Below the pieces are notes generated by a model. The model worked only from the letters and a program-made list of their open reading frames with translations. It searched no databases and was not told the origin of the DNA. Positions 26,341-39,773 of a DNA stretch of 64,000 bases are shown here, one piece after another. Source of the stretch: Octopus vulgaris. Lineage: Eukaryota. The stretch covers positions 54,188,001 to 54,252,000 of the forward strand of contig OX597833.1 of the NCBI GenBank assembly GCA_951406725.2, written 5' to 3'. A program made the translations under genes and the position numbers. Numbering within the stretch: position 1 is the first letter of the stretch; every line of letters starts with the position of its first letter.

Positions 26341-27052
26341 TGATATGACAGCAGATGTGACAGTGGATTTGGACAGCCTGAGGCTATAGTAGCAGACACT
26401 CGTCCAGCCCAAGGTGCCACGCAGTGGGACTGAACCCAGAGCTATGTGACTGAGAAACAAACAAACATCTTACCACGCAACCACGACTGTGTCTATTTAA
26501 TAAATATTTACCGCATTTTCTTTTTTTCCTTTTTAGCTGACAGTACAAAGCTGAAATCTTCTTTTGACTTCTTAGTTCTTCCACCCTTATTAGAGTTACC
26601 GGGGGTGGGGGGGAGGGGAACAAACAATCCATTATTGTTAATAAATTGGCTTTGAATTGATTGATTTTTTTTCGGCTGACATTTACGATGGGAGTTTGAA
26701 GAGATTTCCAGGATTATCAATGAAATACATTGACAATGAATTACTAATTATTTAAAATTACATCGTAACGAACTGCAGCGACTGTTGTCTGGGCATCGTT
26801 ATTCTTTCTCATCAATGTCACCAACAAACAACTCCTTCCTCCGCCCGCCCGCCCCCCGCCCCCCACCACCACGTACCCCCCTCCCCCACCGGTGCATCTG
26901 TATACCAACCGAAAGCAAAAGCCTGAACCAAAACCACAATGACCAAGTCATCCCCAACCCCACCCCACCCCACCCCACACCCCACCCCACCCCACCCCCA
27001 CCTCTACAGATACTCTCAACTTTATTATGCTTTTGCTATTTTTGCTACCTCC

Positions 27053-27086
<34 letters not shown>

Positions 27087-27156
27087 GTCATCATCATCAT
27101 TGTCATCATCATCATCATCATCATCATAGTCATCATCATCATCATCATCATCATTG

Positions 27157-27205
<49 letters not shown>

Positions 27206-27207
27206 TG

Positions 27208-27253
<46 letters not shown>

Positions 27254-27255
27254 TG

Positions 27256-27301
<46 letters not shown>

Positions 27302-27303
27302 TG

Positions 27304-27344
<41 letters not shown>

Positions 27345-27503
27345 GTCATCATCATCATCATCATCAGCACCAACAACGACAACAGTACAACAATGTCATC
27401 GTCATCATCATCATAATCATCATCATCATCACCATCATCATCATAATCATCATCGTCATCATCATCATCATCATCACCATCAGCAGCAACAGCTACAACA
27501 ATG

Positions 27504-27551
<48 letters not shown>

Positions 27552-28078
27552 CCATCAGCAGCAACAGCTACAACAATGTCATCGTCATCATCATCATAAT
27601 CATCATCATCATCACCATCATCATCATCATCGTCATCATCATCATCATCATCATCACCATCAGCAGCAACAGCTACAACAATGTCATCATCATCATCATC
27701 ATCATAATCATCATCATCATCACCATCATCATCATAATCATCATCGTCATCATCATCATCATCGTCACCATCATCAGCAGCAACAGCTACAACAATGTCA
27801 TCATCATCACCATCATCATCATAATCATCATCATAATCATCATCATCGTCGTCGTCGTCAATATCATTGTTACCATCATCAGCAAAAACATCATCACCGT
27901 CATCATCATCGTCAACACCACCATTACCACCACCATCACCACCACCACTACTACCACTACCATCATCATCAACACAAACACCATCACCACCACTACCACC
28001 ACCACCACCACCACCACCATCACCACCATTGGCCTTGGTGTCATCATTTTTTGTACTCATCCCACGTCATCATTAAAC

Positions 28079-28110
<32 letters not shown>

Positions 28111-28690
28111 CAAAAACACCATCACTGCCATCACTGTTTTTATTGTGACCATCATCATCATCATCATCATAATCATCATCATCATCACCATCATCATCAT
28201 CACTGTTATCACCGTCCTCATCGTTTTCTTGATCATCATCATTATCATTATCATCATAATTCTCATCATCATCATCATCATTACTGTTTTCACTATAAAA
28301 ATACTTTCTATCCTTGCTCTTTTTTTCATATGATTACAATCACCACAAAGTATGACATTTTATCATGGCCACTACAAAGAACAACCTCAAGTACAAAAAT
28401 ATTATCATTTTCATCAACATTTTAGTCTTTTCTGTTTTTTTTTTTACAGTTCAGTCATTTATCCATCATCCACAGAGACCCACCACCACTACCACCACCA
28501 CCGCCACCATCGCCATGACCATCACCACCACTGCCACTTCCACCACAACTATCACGACCATCGTCACCACCACCACAACCACCACTGCCACCCACCACTG
28601 TCACCGCCACCGCCACCACCACCACAACCACCACCGCCACCGCCGCCGCAACCACCACCACCACCACCACCACCACCACCATCACCACCA
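27053..28690. repeat. (CAT)n/(CCA)n compound microsatellite with higher-order units
   Basis: Recurring spacer CACCATCAGCAGCAACAGCTACAACAATGT between CAT runs. Confidence 0.95.
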
Positions 28691-29794
28691 TCTTATAGCT
28701 GTTGCTATCTCTATTTCAGAAACTATCTTTTCTTACTTTCATTATCTCTTACACCCACTACTCTGTTAACAAAAAGAAAATTGTGACAGGATGGTCATGA
28801 ACGGGTTGTCTTTGATCATAGAGCTATTTCTTCATTAGGGCTTATGTCAGAGCAATACACCACCACTGCGTTACAAAACATGAAAACACAGGTTCCACAA
28901 CGTGGTCAATCAACTAGCTAGAAATACCAGCTAAGTCTTCTTTAAATCATGTTTCCTTGTTAAGAAATGGAAGGACACACGATGTAGTTCTTGATACATT
29001 ACAGCTAAAAACAAGAGGGGATGTTCATGGCTGGAGCACCCTTGATCATAGTTTTGTTTGCTTTTTTTATTTTCTCAAAGCTTGTCTACCCTTTGTTTTT
29101 TTTACCTTTGTTGCTTCTTTCTTTCTTCCTTTCTTTTTTCCTTTCTTTCCTCCTTTCTTTTCTCTCTCCCCCCATCCCCTCTGCTTTCTTCTCCCCGCTA
29201 ACTTTATTTTTCTTTCAAGCCATATGAATGTAGGACTTCTCGGCCTTTATTAGTGGAACAAACACAATGATTGTGGGCTGAAGATAGAAGTCTCTAATTA
29301 TTTTTTATTGGTTATATCTCCAAAAAAAAAAACAACGAAAAATCCCCAAACAAAAAACCCAAAAAAAATCCCATGATTAATAGCCATAATTCAAAATCCA
29401 GTGATTTATAGTTGTATCTCAGTAATGAGCTTGTTGACAACATAATTACAAATCAAGCATATCATTTTTAAGTGTCGAGATCATAAACAAATATGGTCAA
29501 GTTGAAAAAAGAAAATGTTTAAATTATATGAACATGTTATATTTTAGCATATATTATATATGTTGAAAGTGTATAAATATTGCATGTTCCTCTTAACAGG
29601 TTTTTAAGAGGAAGTATTTAGCTATGGGTTTTTTTCTTTCTTCTTTTATGTCGTAAAATTTGTAAAAAGTAAACCTAAAACCATTTTAAAAACGTTTCTC
29701 ATTCTCTGTTCTTTGGCAGTTGTTCCAGAAAGTTCCGTGAGATCTGAGCAGATGTTATGCAGAACAGATTGTTCAGATCAGAAATTCATAAACA

Positions 29795-30228
29795 TAGGCG
29801 TAGGAGTGGCTGTGTGGTAAGTAGCTTGCTTACCAGCCACATGGCTCTGGGTTCAGTCCCACTGCATGGCACCTTGGGCAAGTGTCTTCTACTATAGCCT
29901 CAGGCCGACCAAAGCCTTGTGAGTGGATTTGGTAGACGGAAACTGAAAGAAGCCCATCATATATATATATATATATATGCATGTGTGTGTGTGTGTGTGT
30001 GTATGTGTGTGTATGTTTATGTGTCTGTGTTTGTCCCCCCAACATCACTTGACAACTGATGCTGGTGTGTTTAAGTCCCTGTAACTTAGCGGTTTGGTAA
30101 AAGAGATCGATAGAAGAAGTACTAGACTTACAAAGAATAAGTGCTGGGGTTGATTTGATTCGACTAAAGGCGGTGTTCCAACATGGCCGCAGTCAAATAA
30201 CTGAAACAAGTAAAAGAGTAAAAGAGAA
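29795..30228 (+). mobile_element. SINE family A
   Basis: Full copy. Confidence 0.92.
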
Positions 30229-30229
30229 G

Positions 30230-30475
30230 TCTCAATCTCTTGTTATCCCCTCTCTGTGGCCCAACATCCGAAGATCCTTCCTCACCTCTTTGTCCAACAT
30301 CTTCCTGGATTTACTCCTTCCACACATTCCCTCCACGATTAAAAGGTAGCATATCTTGATGCAGCTGTCCTCATCCATATGCATCATATGACAATACCAG
30401 CAGAGTCCTCTCTCTTGCACACTGCATCTGATGCCTTGTATACCCAAGTTTTCTCTAAAATTACTTACACTCTGC
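30230..30475 (-). mobile_element. RTE LINE ORF C-terminal fragment
   Basis: QSVSNFRENLGIQGIRCSVQERGLCWYCHMMHMDEDSC...EGMCGRSKSRK. Confidence 0.85.
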
Positions 30476-30529
30476 CCCTCCCACAATTCTTCTTCCCAAC
30501 AGCCCTCTCCACCCATATTTATTTCCTTG

Positions 30530-30988
30530 TACTTGCAGTGGTATTCGACTGAGGTGGGTTGAGTTGGCTCCATTCAACATGTAGCTCATGCCCTCAAAAA
30601 TTCCACATTGATGTCTGCTGTTTGTTTGTTGAGCGAAGAGGTCTTCGTCCCAGTGGGAGAATTCCAAAACGTGGTCCTTTGCTATTTGTAAGACCCACAG
30701 AATAGAAAGCATGTCAACCCCCAATACCGAGAGCATCGACGGATGGATGAATTCACATACAGGCTCAGTGGTTGCGTAGGAAGTCGGGGACAAGAAACAG
30801 GAAGAAAGAGTGAGAGAAAGTTGAGGCGAAAGAGTACAACAGGGGTCATCACCACCCCCTGCCGGAGCATCGTGGAGCTTGTAGGTGTTTTCGCTCAATA
30901 AACACACACAATGCCAGGTCTGGGAATCAAAACCGCAATCCTCCGACCGCGAGTCCGCTGCCCTAACCACTGGGCCATTGCGCCTCCA
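30530..30988 (-). mobile_element. tRNA(Arg)-derived SINE with a distinct 3' body
   Basis: Same head as 843-1229; flanked by repeated ATGTCTGCTG (~30611, ~30991), which suggests the insertion proper spans ~30621-30988. Confidence 0.8.
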
Positions 30989-31829
30989 TGATGTCTGCTG
31001 TACTTGAAAACCATGGGGAGTGAGGTACCCTTTCACTTTTGTTAACCCTTTAATGTTCAGATTATTCTGTCAACTGTAATGCTTATTTATTATCTTTGAC
31101 TTGGTGAAGGTGGAGGTGTTGGTTCAGTCATGTTTGTCTGTGGACAAGATATCTCAAGAACCACTGGATGGATTCAGATGAAACTCTCAGGGATGTTTGG
31201 TCTTGTGACTGGCACAGGCTCATCAGATTTGGGGATTGATCCAGTACCAGACAATGATTCTGGATTATTATTCTGATTTTTGTACTTTATATATGCATAT
31301 GTAAATCTTCACATAGTTCTTTTTTACACACACACACACACACATACATATACTCACACATTTTCAGCATTGAACATTACCATCCCATTTCCATTGTACA
31401 CACACAAACATACCTCTCTTTTACACACACATATACTCACACTTCAATTTTCTTTTTCTTCCATCTTTTACTCATTTCACTCATTAGACTGTGGCCATGC
31501 TGGGGCACCACGTTGAAGAATTTTTAGTTGAATGAATTGACCCCTGTACTTATTTATTATTATTATTTTCTTTTAAAGCCTGGTACTTATTAAATTGGTC
31601 TCTGTTGCCAAACTGCTGAGTTACAGGGATGTAAACACACCAGCACTGGTTGTCAAGTGGTGAGTGTTACAAACACACAGACACACACACACACACACAC
31701 AGACACACACACACACACACTCACACACACACTCACACACATACATACTCACACACACACACTCACACATACTCACACACACACACACACACACTCACAC
31801 ACACACACATATGTATGTATTCTCAATGC

Positions 31830-32060
31830 CAGCGGCTAGCTGGCAGAATCGTTAGCACGCCGGGCGAAATGCTTAGCGGTATTGCGTCTGTCGTTGTATT
31901 CTGAGTTCAAATTCCGCCGAGGTCGACTTTGCCTTTCATCCTTTCGGGGTCGATAAATTAAGTACCAGTTACGTACTGGGGTCGATGTAATCGACTTAAT
32001 CCGTTTGTCTGTCCTTGTTTGTCCCCTCTATGTTTAGCCCCTTGTAGGCAATAAAGAAAC
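31830..32060 (+). mobile_element. Meta-domain SINE
   Basis: Head, Meta core and tail present. Confidence 0.88.
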
Positions 32061-32460
32061 ACACATATGTTTGTTTGTTTGTTTTTGTTTTTCCAGTTTC
32101 AGCTCTTGAGCTGTGGCCATGCTGGGGCACCGCCATTGTGGTGAAAGAGTACAGCAGGGATCACCACCCCCTGCCGGAGCCTCGTAGTGCTTTTAGGTGT
32201 TTTCGCTCAATAAACACACACAACGCCCGGTCTGAGAATCGAAACCGCGATCCTGCGACCGCGAGTCCGCTGCCCTAACCACTAGGCCATTGCGCCTCTA
32301 CGTATGTATGTATTCTTTTATTATTTTACTTGTGTCAGTCATCTGACTGTGATTAAACTGAAGCACCGGCTTTAGTTGAAGAAATCAATCCCAGGATTTA
32401 TTCTTTGAAAGCCTAGTACTTATTCTTTCGGTCTTTTTTGCTGAACCACTAAGTTACGGG

Positions 32461-32990
32461 ATGATGAGGAGGAGGAGAAGGAGGAGGACAACGATCAGGA
32501 CAATGACAATGGCAACAATTCAGAAGATGATGATAATAGTGGTAACAATGGTGATGATGATGAGGAGGAGGAGGAGGAGGACAATGATGATCACGATGAC
32601 GATGGCAACAACGATGACGATGACAATGATGATAATGATGATGAAGGCAACAACTCAGAAGATGATGATACTGGTGGTGACGATGATGATGATGATGATG
32701 ATGATGAGGAGGAGGAGGAGGAAGAAGAGGACAACGATGATGACAATGACGAAGGCAACAACTTACAAGATGATGACATTGGTAGTGACAATGATGATGA
32801 TGATGAGGAGGAGGAAGAAAAAGAGGAGTAAGAGGAGAACAACAATGATGACAATGACAATGCCGAAGGCAACAACTCAGAAGATGATGACATTGGTTGT
32901 GATGATGATGACGATGATCATGATGATGATGATAATGGTGATGATGATAATGACGATGCAGATGATGGTGATGATGATGGAGATGATGAG
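32461..32990. repeat. GAT/GAG/GAC compound repeat with ~110-140-bp higher-order units
   Basis: Recurring GAAGGCAACAACTCAGAAGATGATGA between GAG and GAT runs. Confidence 0.85.
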
Positions 32991-33724
32991 TGAATTGTTC
33001 AATGTATCTATGTTTGAGATGGTAAGGTGTAACTGGAGTGAGATTTTGGTTGCATCAAGCAAGAATAACCCAAGAGATAAGTCAATTTAAAAATGGCTTT
33101 AATTCACTCAAAGTTCTATTGACAGAACTGCCAGAGATTGCAGTTTACAAAATATTTATAGAAACAGCAATAGTATCTTGGGATTTATCCATGACTGTAG
33201 GTTATTAAAATAGCATAAAATTTCCTCGGTCCTCCTCACTCCCCAAGACAAACCAACATGCATACAATAACATTCAAACAATATGAATAAAGAAGTTAGA
33301 TCATCAGAGTAATATCTCAAAATGTAATTTGTTTTGAACTCAGAGTAGATAATACTATAAATAATAGTATGTAGATATTTAGGTAAAAAAAAAAAAATCC
33401 TTTGAACTGGAAATAAAACAAAAAAACTGAAAAGCTGCCAATGTGACTTGAACCCCATATCTTTGGTAATCATGGTAGATGTTCTACCATTGGACCAGAA
33501 CAACCCATCGAATTTCTCTCTCTGTTGTAAAAACTCTGCTCTTATCAGTGTGAATTGTATCTTGTTTATGTTATAATAATTTAGAAACTTCGAGAGAGTG
33601 TGAAATAACTTCTTTTTAATGGTTGAATTCAAAGCAAATAAAGGTATAAATAATAGAGTGTGAATATTGGGTTAATACTCCTTTGAAGAGAAGTCGAAGG
33701 TTGTCCATCTCTTGTTGTTTCTAA

Positions 33725-33945
33725 GTTCTTATTACCCACAAGGGGCTAAACACAGAGGAGACAAACAAGGACAGACAGACGGATCAAGTCAATTACATCG
33801 ACCCCAGTGCATTTAATTTATCGACCCCGAAAGGATGAAAGGCAAAGTCAACCTCGGTGGAATTTGAACTCAGAACGTAACGGCAGACGAAATACTGCTA
33901 AGCATTTCACCTGGCATGCTAACGTTTCTGCCAGCTCGCTGCCTT
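33725..33945 (-). mobile_element. Meta-domain SINE
   Basis: Reverse-complement copy. Confidence 0.88.
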
Positions 33946-33994
33946 CCTCCTGTAGAGATACCATTTAAGAAGGTGCACATGTTATCCAAATCAG

Positions 33995-34660
33995 AAAGGC
34001 AGATTGTATGATGTTTATGTGTGTGCAGCCATGCTACACACAGGTGAAATATGGGCTGTGACAGCCGAGGACATGCATAGGCTTGAAAGAAATGAAGCTA
34101 GTATGCTCCACTGGATGTGCAATGTCAGTGTGCATGTATGACAGAGTGTAAGTGTCTTCAGAGAAAAGTTGGGCATAAGAGGCATTAGATGTAGTGTGCA
34201 AGGGAGACGACTGTGCTGGTATGGTCATGTGATGCATATGGACGAGAACAGTTGTGTAAAGAATTGCTAATCTCTAATTGCAATGGAAACCTGTGGAAGA
34301 AGTAGACCCAGGAAGACATGGGACCAGGTGGTGAAGCAGGATCTTCGAATGTTTGGATTTGCAGAGACCAAGACCTTTGGCAATATGCTGTACTTGCGAA
34401 AACTCCTGAAGCCAAGTGAAATCCTAGTTGTGGTCAATGCCAGCTTCACATAAACGGTACCTATGCCAGTGGCATGTAAAAAAGCAACCATTATACTCTT
34501 GGAGTGGCTGGCATTAGGATGGGCGTCCAGCCATAGAAACCATTCCAAATCAAACTGGAACTTGGTGTAGCTCTCCGACTTACCAGTTTCAGTCAAACAG
34601 TCTGACCCATGCCAGCATGGAAAGCAAACACTAAATGATGATGAAGATGATGATGGTGAT
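33995..34660 (+). mobile_element. RTE LINE 3' fragment with (GAT)n tail
   Basis: AMLHTGEIWAVTAEDMHRLERNEASMLHWMC...RRLCWYGHVMHMDE...CGRSRPRKTW; tail CCATGCCAGCATGG...GATGATG. Confidence 0.88.
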
Positions 34661-34699
34661 GGTGATGATGATGATATACTACAATTTGTTGTTGTTGTT

Positions 34700-34960
34700 T
34701 GTTTGTTCCTTCTCCAGCCGTGCCTGGCTCATAAGGGCCGGTTTCCTGGTTTCCTTGGTGTATAGGTTCCCTACCTGGACAGGACGCCGGTCCGTCGCAG
34801 GTGAGCTGCAAGATGCAGGAGGAAAGAGAGAGAGAAAGTTGTGGCGAAAGAGTCTTAGGTGTTTCGCTCATAAACACACACATCACCCGGTCTGAGATTC
34901 GAACTCACGATCCCTCGACCACAAGTCTGCTGCTCTAACCACTAGGCTATGTGCCTCCAT
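34700..34960 (-). mobile_element. tRNA-derived SINE
   Basis: Reverse complement of the 47800-48110 family. Confidence 0.8.
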
Positions 34961-35522
34961 ATATACTTCAATGGAAAGATGTAACATAAGTTGTAAGACC
35001 GAAACTAAGACATTTGAACTGAAAAATAGATGGTTTGCCATGAAGGTGGTGAATACTTTTATCATTAGCATGTAACACAACACAGTGACAGATACTCAAT
35101 AAATTAATAGTTCTAAATACCTGTATTTTACTAATTATCTGAGGTCAGGTAGTAGGTAAGTGTCTAAACAGGTAAATTTATTAATAGCTTTGGAATAGTC
35201 AAATTTTAATGTCCCTTTGCTGATACTGTTAAGAACATGTATTTGTGCTCTCTAGCATAACTAGCTTGGCCTGATAATGTCTGCTTTGACCGCCCTGTTC
35301 GTTCCTGATCTAATTATATCAGCATCAGCTGATTTTAAACTTATGAGATTTCATAATTACCGGTTTAATATCTGGCAATATATTAGGGAAGACCTTAGAT
35401 GGAGACATTTGTACTGATGCTATGGAGCTAATCTTTCAGTCCAAATTCAACTTCAGCAGACGAATGCTTTCTGCCACAAGAAATGGAATATTGAGAACAA
35501 ATGGTTTAGCAGCACTCTGTAT

Positions 35523-36140
35523 CAGAACTCCACAACCGGTATGCCATGGCACACTGGTGTGCCACGAGACAATGCTAGGTGTACCACAGTGTAACCTGAA
35601 TATAATTATTTTCCCTATACATAGGTGTAGGTGTGGCTGTGTGGTAAGTATCTTGCTTACCAACCACATGGTTCCGGGTTCAGTCCCACTGCATGGCACG
35701 TTGGGCAAGTGTCTTCTGCTATAGCCTCAGGCCAACCAAAGCCTTGTGAGTGGATTTGATAGATGGAAACTGAAAGAAGCTCGTCATATATATGTATATA
35801 TATGTGTGTGTGTGTGTATAAGTTTGTGTGTCTGTATTTGTCCTCCCCCTCCCAACATCACTTGACAACCGATGCTGGTGTGTTTACATCCCTGTAACTA
35901 AGTGGTTCAGTAAAAGAGACCGATAGAATAAGTACTAGGCTTACAAAGAATAAGTCCTGGGGTCGATTTGCTCAACTAAAGGCGGTGCTCCAGCATGGCC
36001 ATGGTCAAATGACTGAAACAAGTAAAAGACTAAAAGAGTAAAAGGGTATACCTTTAGTTATATTTTTAGTTCAGGTATGCTGCCAAATTTTGGAATGAAT
36101 ATAAGTGTACCACAGGTGAAAAAATGATTGCAGAGCACTG
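35523..36140. mobile_element. hAT (Charlie-like) MITE carrying a SINE A insertion (35621-36045)
   Basis: Imperfect TIRs CAGAACTCCACAACC vs revcomp CAGTGCTCTGCAATC; 8-bp flanks CTCTGTAT / CTCTACAT; subterminal GTGT(G/A)CCAC motifs. Confidence 0.65.
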
Positions 36141-36290
36141 CTCTACATGAGGGAATGCATATGCCATATATATATATATATATATAAAGGGAAAGTTTAC
36201 AAAAATAAACAAAAGACGAAGGCAGGTGGAGTACAAAACAAAGTACAAACAAACAAATGTATTAGTATAACGCTCAGGAATAGAAAAAGT

Positions 36291-36326
36291 CTTTTATGTT
36301 TCGAGCCTACGCTCTTCGACAGAAAG
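36291..36326 (-). ncRNA. hammerhead-like motif, CUGUCGA core variant
   Basis: Minus strand CTTT-CTGTCGA-A-GAGC-GTAG-GCTC-GAAAC-ATA-AAAG inside a ~170-bp repeat (36190-36360). Confidence 0.45.
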
Positions 36327-37389
36327 ATACACAGAAAAAAACAAGGAGAGAAAAAATGTGTGTATATATATATATATATACATGGTGGGCTTCTACCTTT
36401 GAGTGTAGTGTACAGTATTTTCTGACTGGTGTAGTCAGTTGTTAAAGCCATTGTCATTACTTTTAGTTGGCAGCCTTAAATTAGAAATTGGAGATAACAT
36501 TTTCAGAACTACCTACATCAAAGAGCTTTTTAAGAGAGATGTTCTGTGAAAGGTAAAGTCATGGACAGAGTTTTTAAAATGCAAAAGATAAAACTGGCGA
36601 TTATTGTAGGGAGAACAGAGGTGTTTATTGGTTCTTTTGAAGATCATTAGGTCTTTGAAAAGTGTCCCTTTTATTTATATTTGACAGAAAAGTAGTATAG
36701 AAAGTAAATAATGAGAATTCCCACAAAAGACAAAAAAAAAAGATCACTTTTGATGAGGCTCAGCTGCGCAAAATGTTTGATTTGTGTCACTTTTGAAAAA
36801 TTATTCCCTGGTCATTTCAGCAGAGGCCACAATACGGTTTTGCATTTAATGAGCTGAGTGAAGAACATGAAAATCTATCATGGCTAATCTAAAGTAAGGG
36901 GCCTAATTTGGGGCTGAAGTCAAGGTTCGAGTTTTGTACCAGTTGTACCCCACCCAACATCGCTTGACAACCAATGCTGGTGTGTTTAGGTCCCCGTAAC
37001 TTAGCGGTTTGGCAAAAGAGACCAATAGAATAAGTACTAGGCTTACAAAGAATAAGTCCTGGGGTCAATTTGCTCAACTAAAGGCGGTGCTCCAGCATGG
37101 CCACAGTCAAATGAGTGAAACAAGTAAAAGAGTGAAAAGAGTAAAAGAGGGTTTGAACGTTGAGTTTTCAGATCTTGTGAGTTTGATTGTGTGAATTTTC
37201 CAAGTCCTCTCCCCCCTCCACCCCGCATTCATCAGTGCGCATTTTTTTCTTCATATTCGTTTACTACACATTGTTTTACACCTATTTACACTATTTTTAC
37301 TCAGTTTTTTTTTGCTCGAGTTTGAAACTGGAGTTTAACCGAAATTATAATCATATAAAAGAAACGTATTCTTCTTTCTTGCAGATGAA

Positions 37390-37759
37390 GACAAACAATA
37401 ACTCTGAGCACCTTTTCAAACTCCACCCATCTAACACCCGTGGACATATTTACAAAGTCAGAAAACAGCACAGCTCCCATGACTTTCGGAAACATTTTTT
37501 CACGCTGAGAGTTGCTGAAGCATGGAACAAACTGCCGGCATCAGTTGTTAGTTGTCGGAGCACTGCATCCTTCAAAACTTCCATGCTTCCCGAGATTCGC
37601 CAACACTACACCTAATTTTCTCCCCTCCATACACACACAATCATGTATCTGACTCATACATTGTTCGCTTTCCAGACATTTGTGTACATTACTGCATATA
37701 CTCTGACAAGTTGTGGTGCACCTGAGCACTGTATACAACAATTTCATTATTATTATTAT
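37390..37759 (+). mobile_element. 5'-truncated CR1-clade LINE
   Basis: TRGHIYKVRKQHSSHDFRKHFFTLRVAEAWNKLPASVVSCRSTASFK, typical CR1 C-terminus; 3' UTR ends in (ATT)n. Confidence 0.9.
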
Positions 37760-38611
37760 CATGTAAAGAACGCTTTCATTAGGTGGAGCCAACAATATAA
37801 ATTACTTCCTACCATTAGGCACAAAATCTGACATTTTAGGGAACGAGGATTTTCAATGACATCAACCTCGGTGCACAACTGGTACTTATTTGCCTTATTT
37901 TTTTATCAGCCCCCAAAAGGATGACGGCAAAGTCGACCTCAGTGTAATTTGAACTCGGAATGTAAAGATGGATGAAATGCCTGACATGCTAACGATTCTG
38001 CCAGCTTGCTGCCTTAAGGCAACAATATAAATTAACAAGAAGCAGTTATTGTTAGCCCAGGGTTAATCCCCATCAAACAGACCTGTGATCAAAAGGCATT
38101 CCAACTATGCCATCTTATCTTTTAATCAAAAAGCTGCATTTTGAACTGCATTAACCAATATATCCATTCTTTTTTCCCCAAAGTAACAGACTTTAGTATG
38201 CTGCTGTGTTGAGGAAGTGAGGTTGCGTTATTGGTTTTCTTTGAAGTGGAACTATGACAATGCACAAGAGATGCTCAATCAATAAAGTTTGTCTTTTCAT
38301 GACATTTTGGTTTTGCATTTAGTTTGCAAGATTCTTGAAATGAATTTGTGCGCTGAAACAAATACTGTTGTGTCTTGAGAGGGTCATAACACCAATAATA
38401 ATAGTAACACACACACTGGTTCAGTATCACTTCTACATTGTTAGTCACTCGGTTAAATATCAAACCAACTAACTAATCAATCATTGGTTTAATGAGCTGG
38501 TTAAACAATCAATCAGTTGTTTGTTCATCAAAGTCCTTTCATTGCTATTTGCAACTTCATCAATAACATGCACTCTCTCATCAAGGTCTGCCTTAAGACT
38601 CACAGCAGTGT

Positions 38612-38845
38612 ACTCTTTACTCTTTTACTCTTTTACTCTTTTACTTGTTTCAGTCATTTGACTGCGGCCATGCTGGAGCACCGCCTTTTATTCGAGCAAA
38701 TCGACCCCGGGACTTATTCTTTGTAAGCCCAGTACTTATTCTATCGGTCTCATTTGCCGAACCGCTAAGTGACGGGGACGTAAACACACCAGCATCGGTT
38801 GTCAAGCAATGCTAGGAGGACAAACACAGACACACAAACACACAG

Positions 38846-38895
<50 letters not shown>

Positions 38896-39060
38896 GACGG
38901 GCTTCTTTCAGTTTCCGTCTACCAAATCCACTCACAAGGCATTGGTCGGCCCGGGGCTATAGCAGAAGACACTTGCCCAAGATGCCACGCAGCGGGACTG
39001 AACCCGGAACCATGTGGTTGGTTAGCAAGCTACTTACCACACAGCCACTCCTGTGCCTAT
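38612..39060 (-). mobile_element. SINE family A (young-looking)
   Basis: CpG-intact reverse-complement copy. Confidence 0.92.
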
Positions 39061-39108
39061 GTAGTGTGTTATATGTAGTGTAGTGTGTTATATTTCCTAA
39101 AATTTCAG

Positions 39109-39145
39109 CTGGTGAAGAGGATTCTGTGGTTAAAAATTTCAACGA
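39109..39145 (+). CDS. putative micro-exon (GEEDSVVKNFN)
   Basis: TATTTCCTAAAATTTCAG acceptor, GA|GTATGC donor, phase 1 to 2. Confidence 0.25.
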
Positions 39146-39445
39146 GTATGCTTTTTTCTTATTCTTTCTGTTTCCCTTCCTTCATTTCTATTTATTTTTT
39201 GCCATTTGTATTTCATTGTTTGTAGAATACTAAAAGAATGCTAATTTGGTTTCGGCATAAAATGAAGTGAATCAAGATATGATCTTACAGAGCTTTTGAC
39301 TCTATACACCTGAAAAGATGTATTTACTACTTTTGCTGAGTGAAGTTAATTCAAAGTTGTTTATAACATACATAACATTCAGCAATGAACAACTGGTAAC
39401 GACACATTGAAACAATTGTAGTGATGAAGTGATATAGTGATATAG

Positions 39446-39653
39446 TAATAACACATCTGGTGGTACTTGTGCAAATGAGTTGGTGATGCATTCCTTCAAA
39501 TGACTTAGGTCTTTTATCTTTCCGCAATACACCATGCCTTTCAAATGCCCCCAAAGAGGGAAATCAAAAGGGGCCAGATCAGGGGATTTAGGAGATCTTA
39601 TAAATTGTCTCTTATAAAAAAAAAAATTTCTTATGTATGGAGACTTTTGAATC

Positions 39654-39660
<7 letters not shown>
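39446..39660 (-). mobile_element. truncated Tc1/mariner-superfamily non-autonomous element (inverted copy)
   Basis: Minus strand SPKSPDLAPFDFPLWGHLKGMVY...LKECITNSF, preceded by a TIR. Confidence 0.8.
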
Positions 39661-39702
<42 letters not shown>

Positions 39703-39706
39703 CATC

Positions 39707-39752
<46 letters not shown>

Positions 39753-39773
39753 GATGATGATGATGATGATATA

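Noticed and set aside
26939-28425. 464-aa and 423-aa His/Ile/Ser-rich ORFs
   Set aside because: (CAT)n compound repeat artefact
33156-33632. 158-aa minus-strand ORF
   Set aside because: AT-rich F/I/L/Y-biased composition, no motif; consistent with a chance ORF
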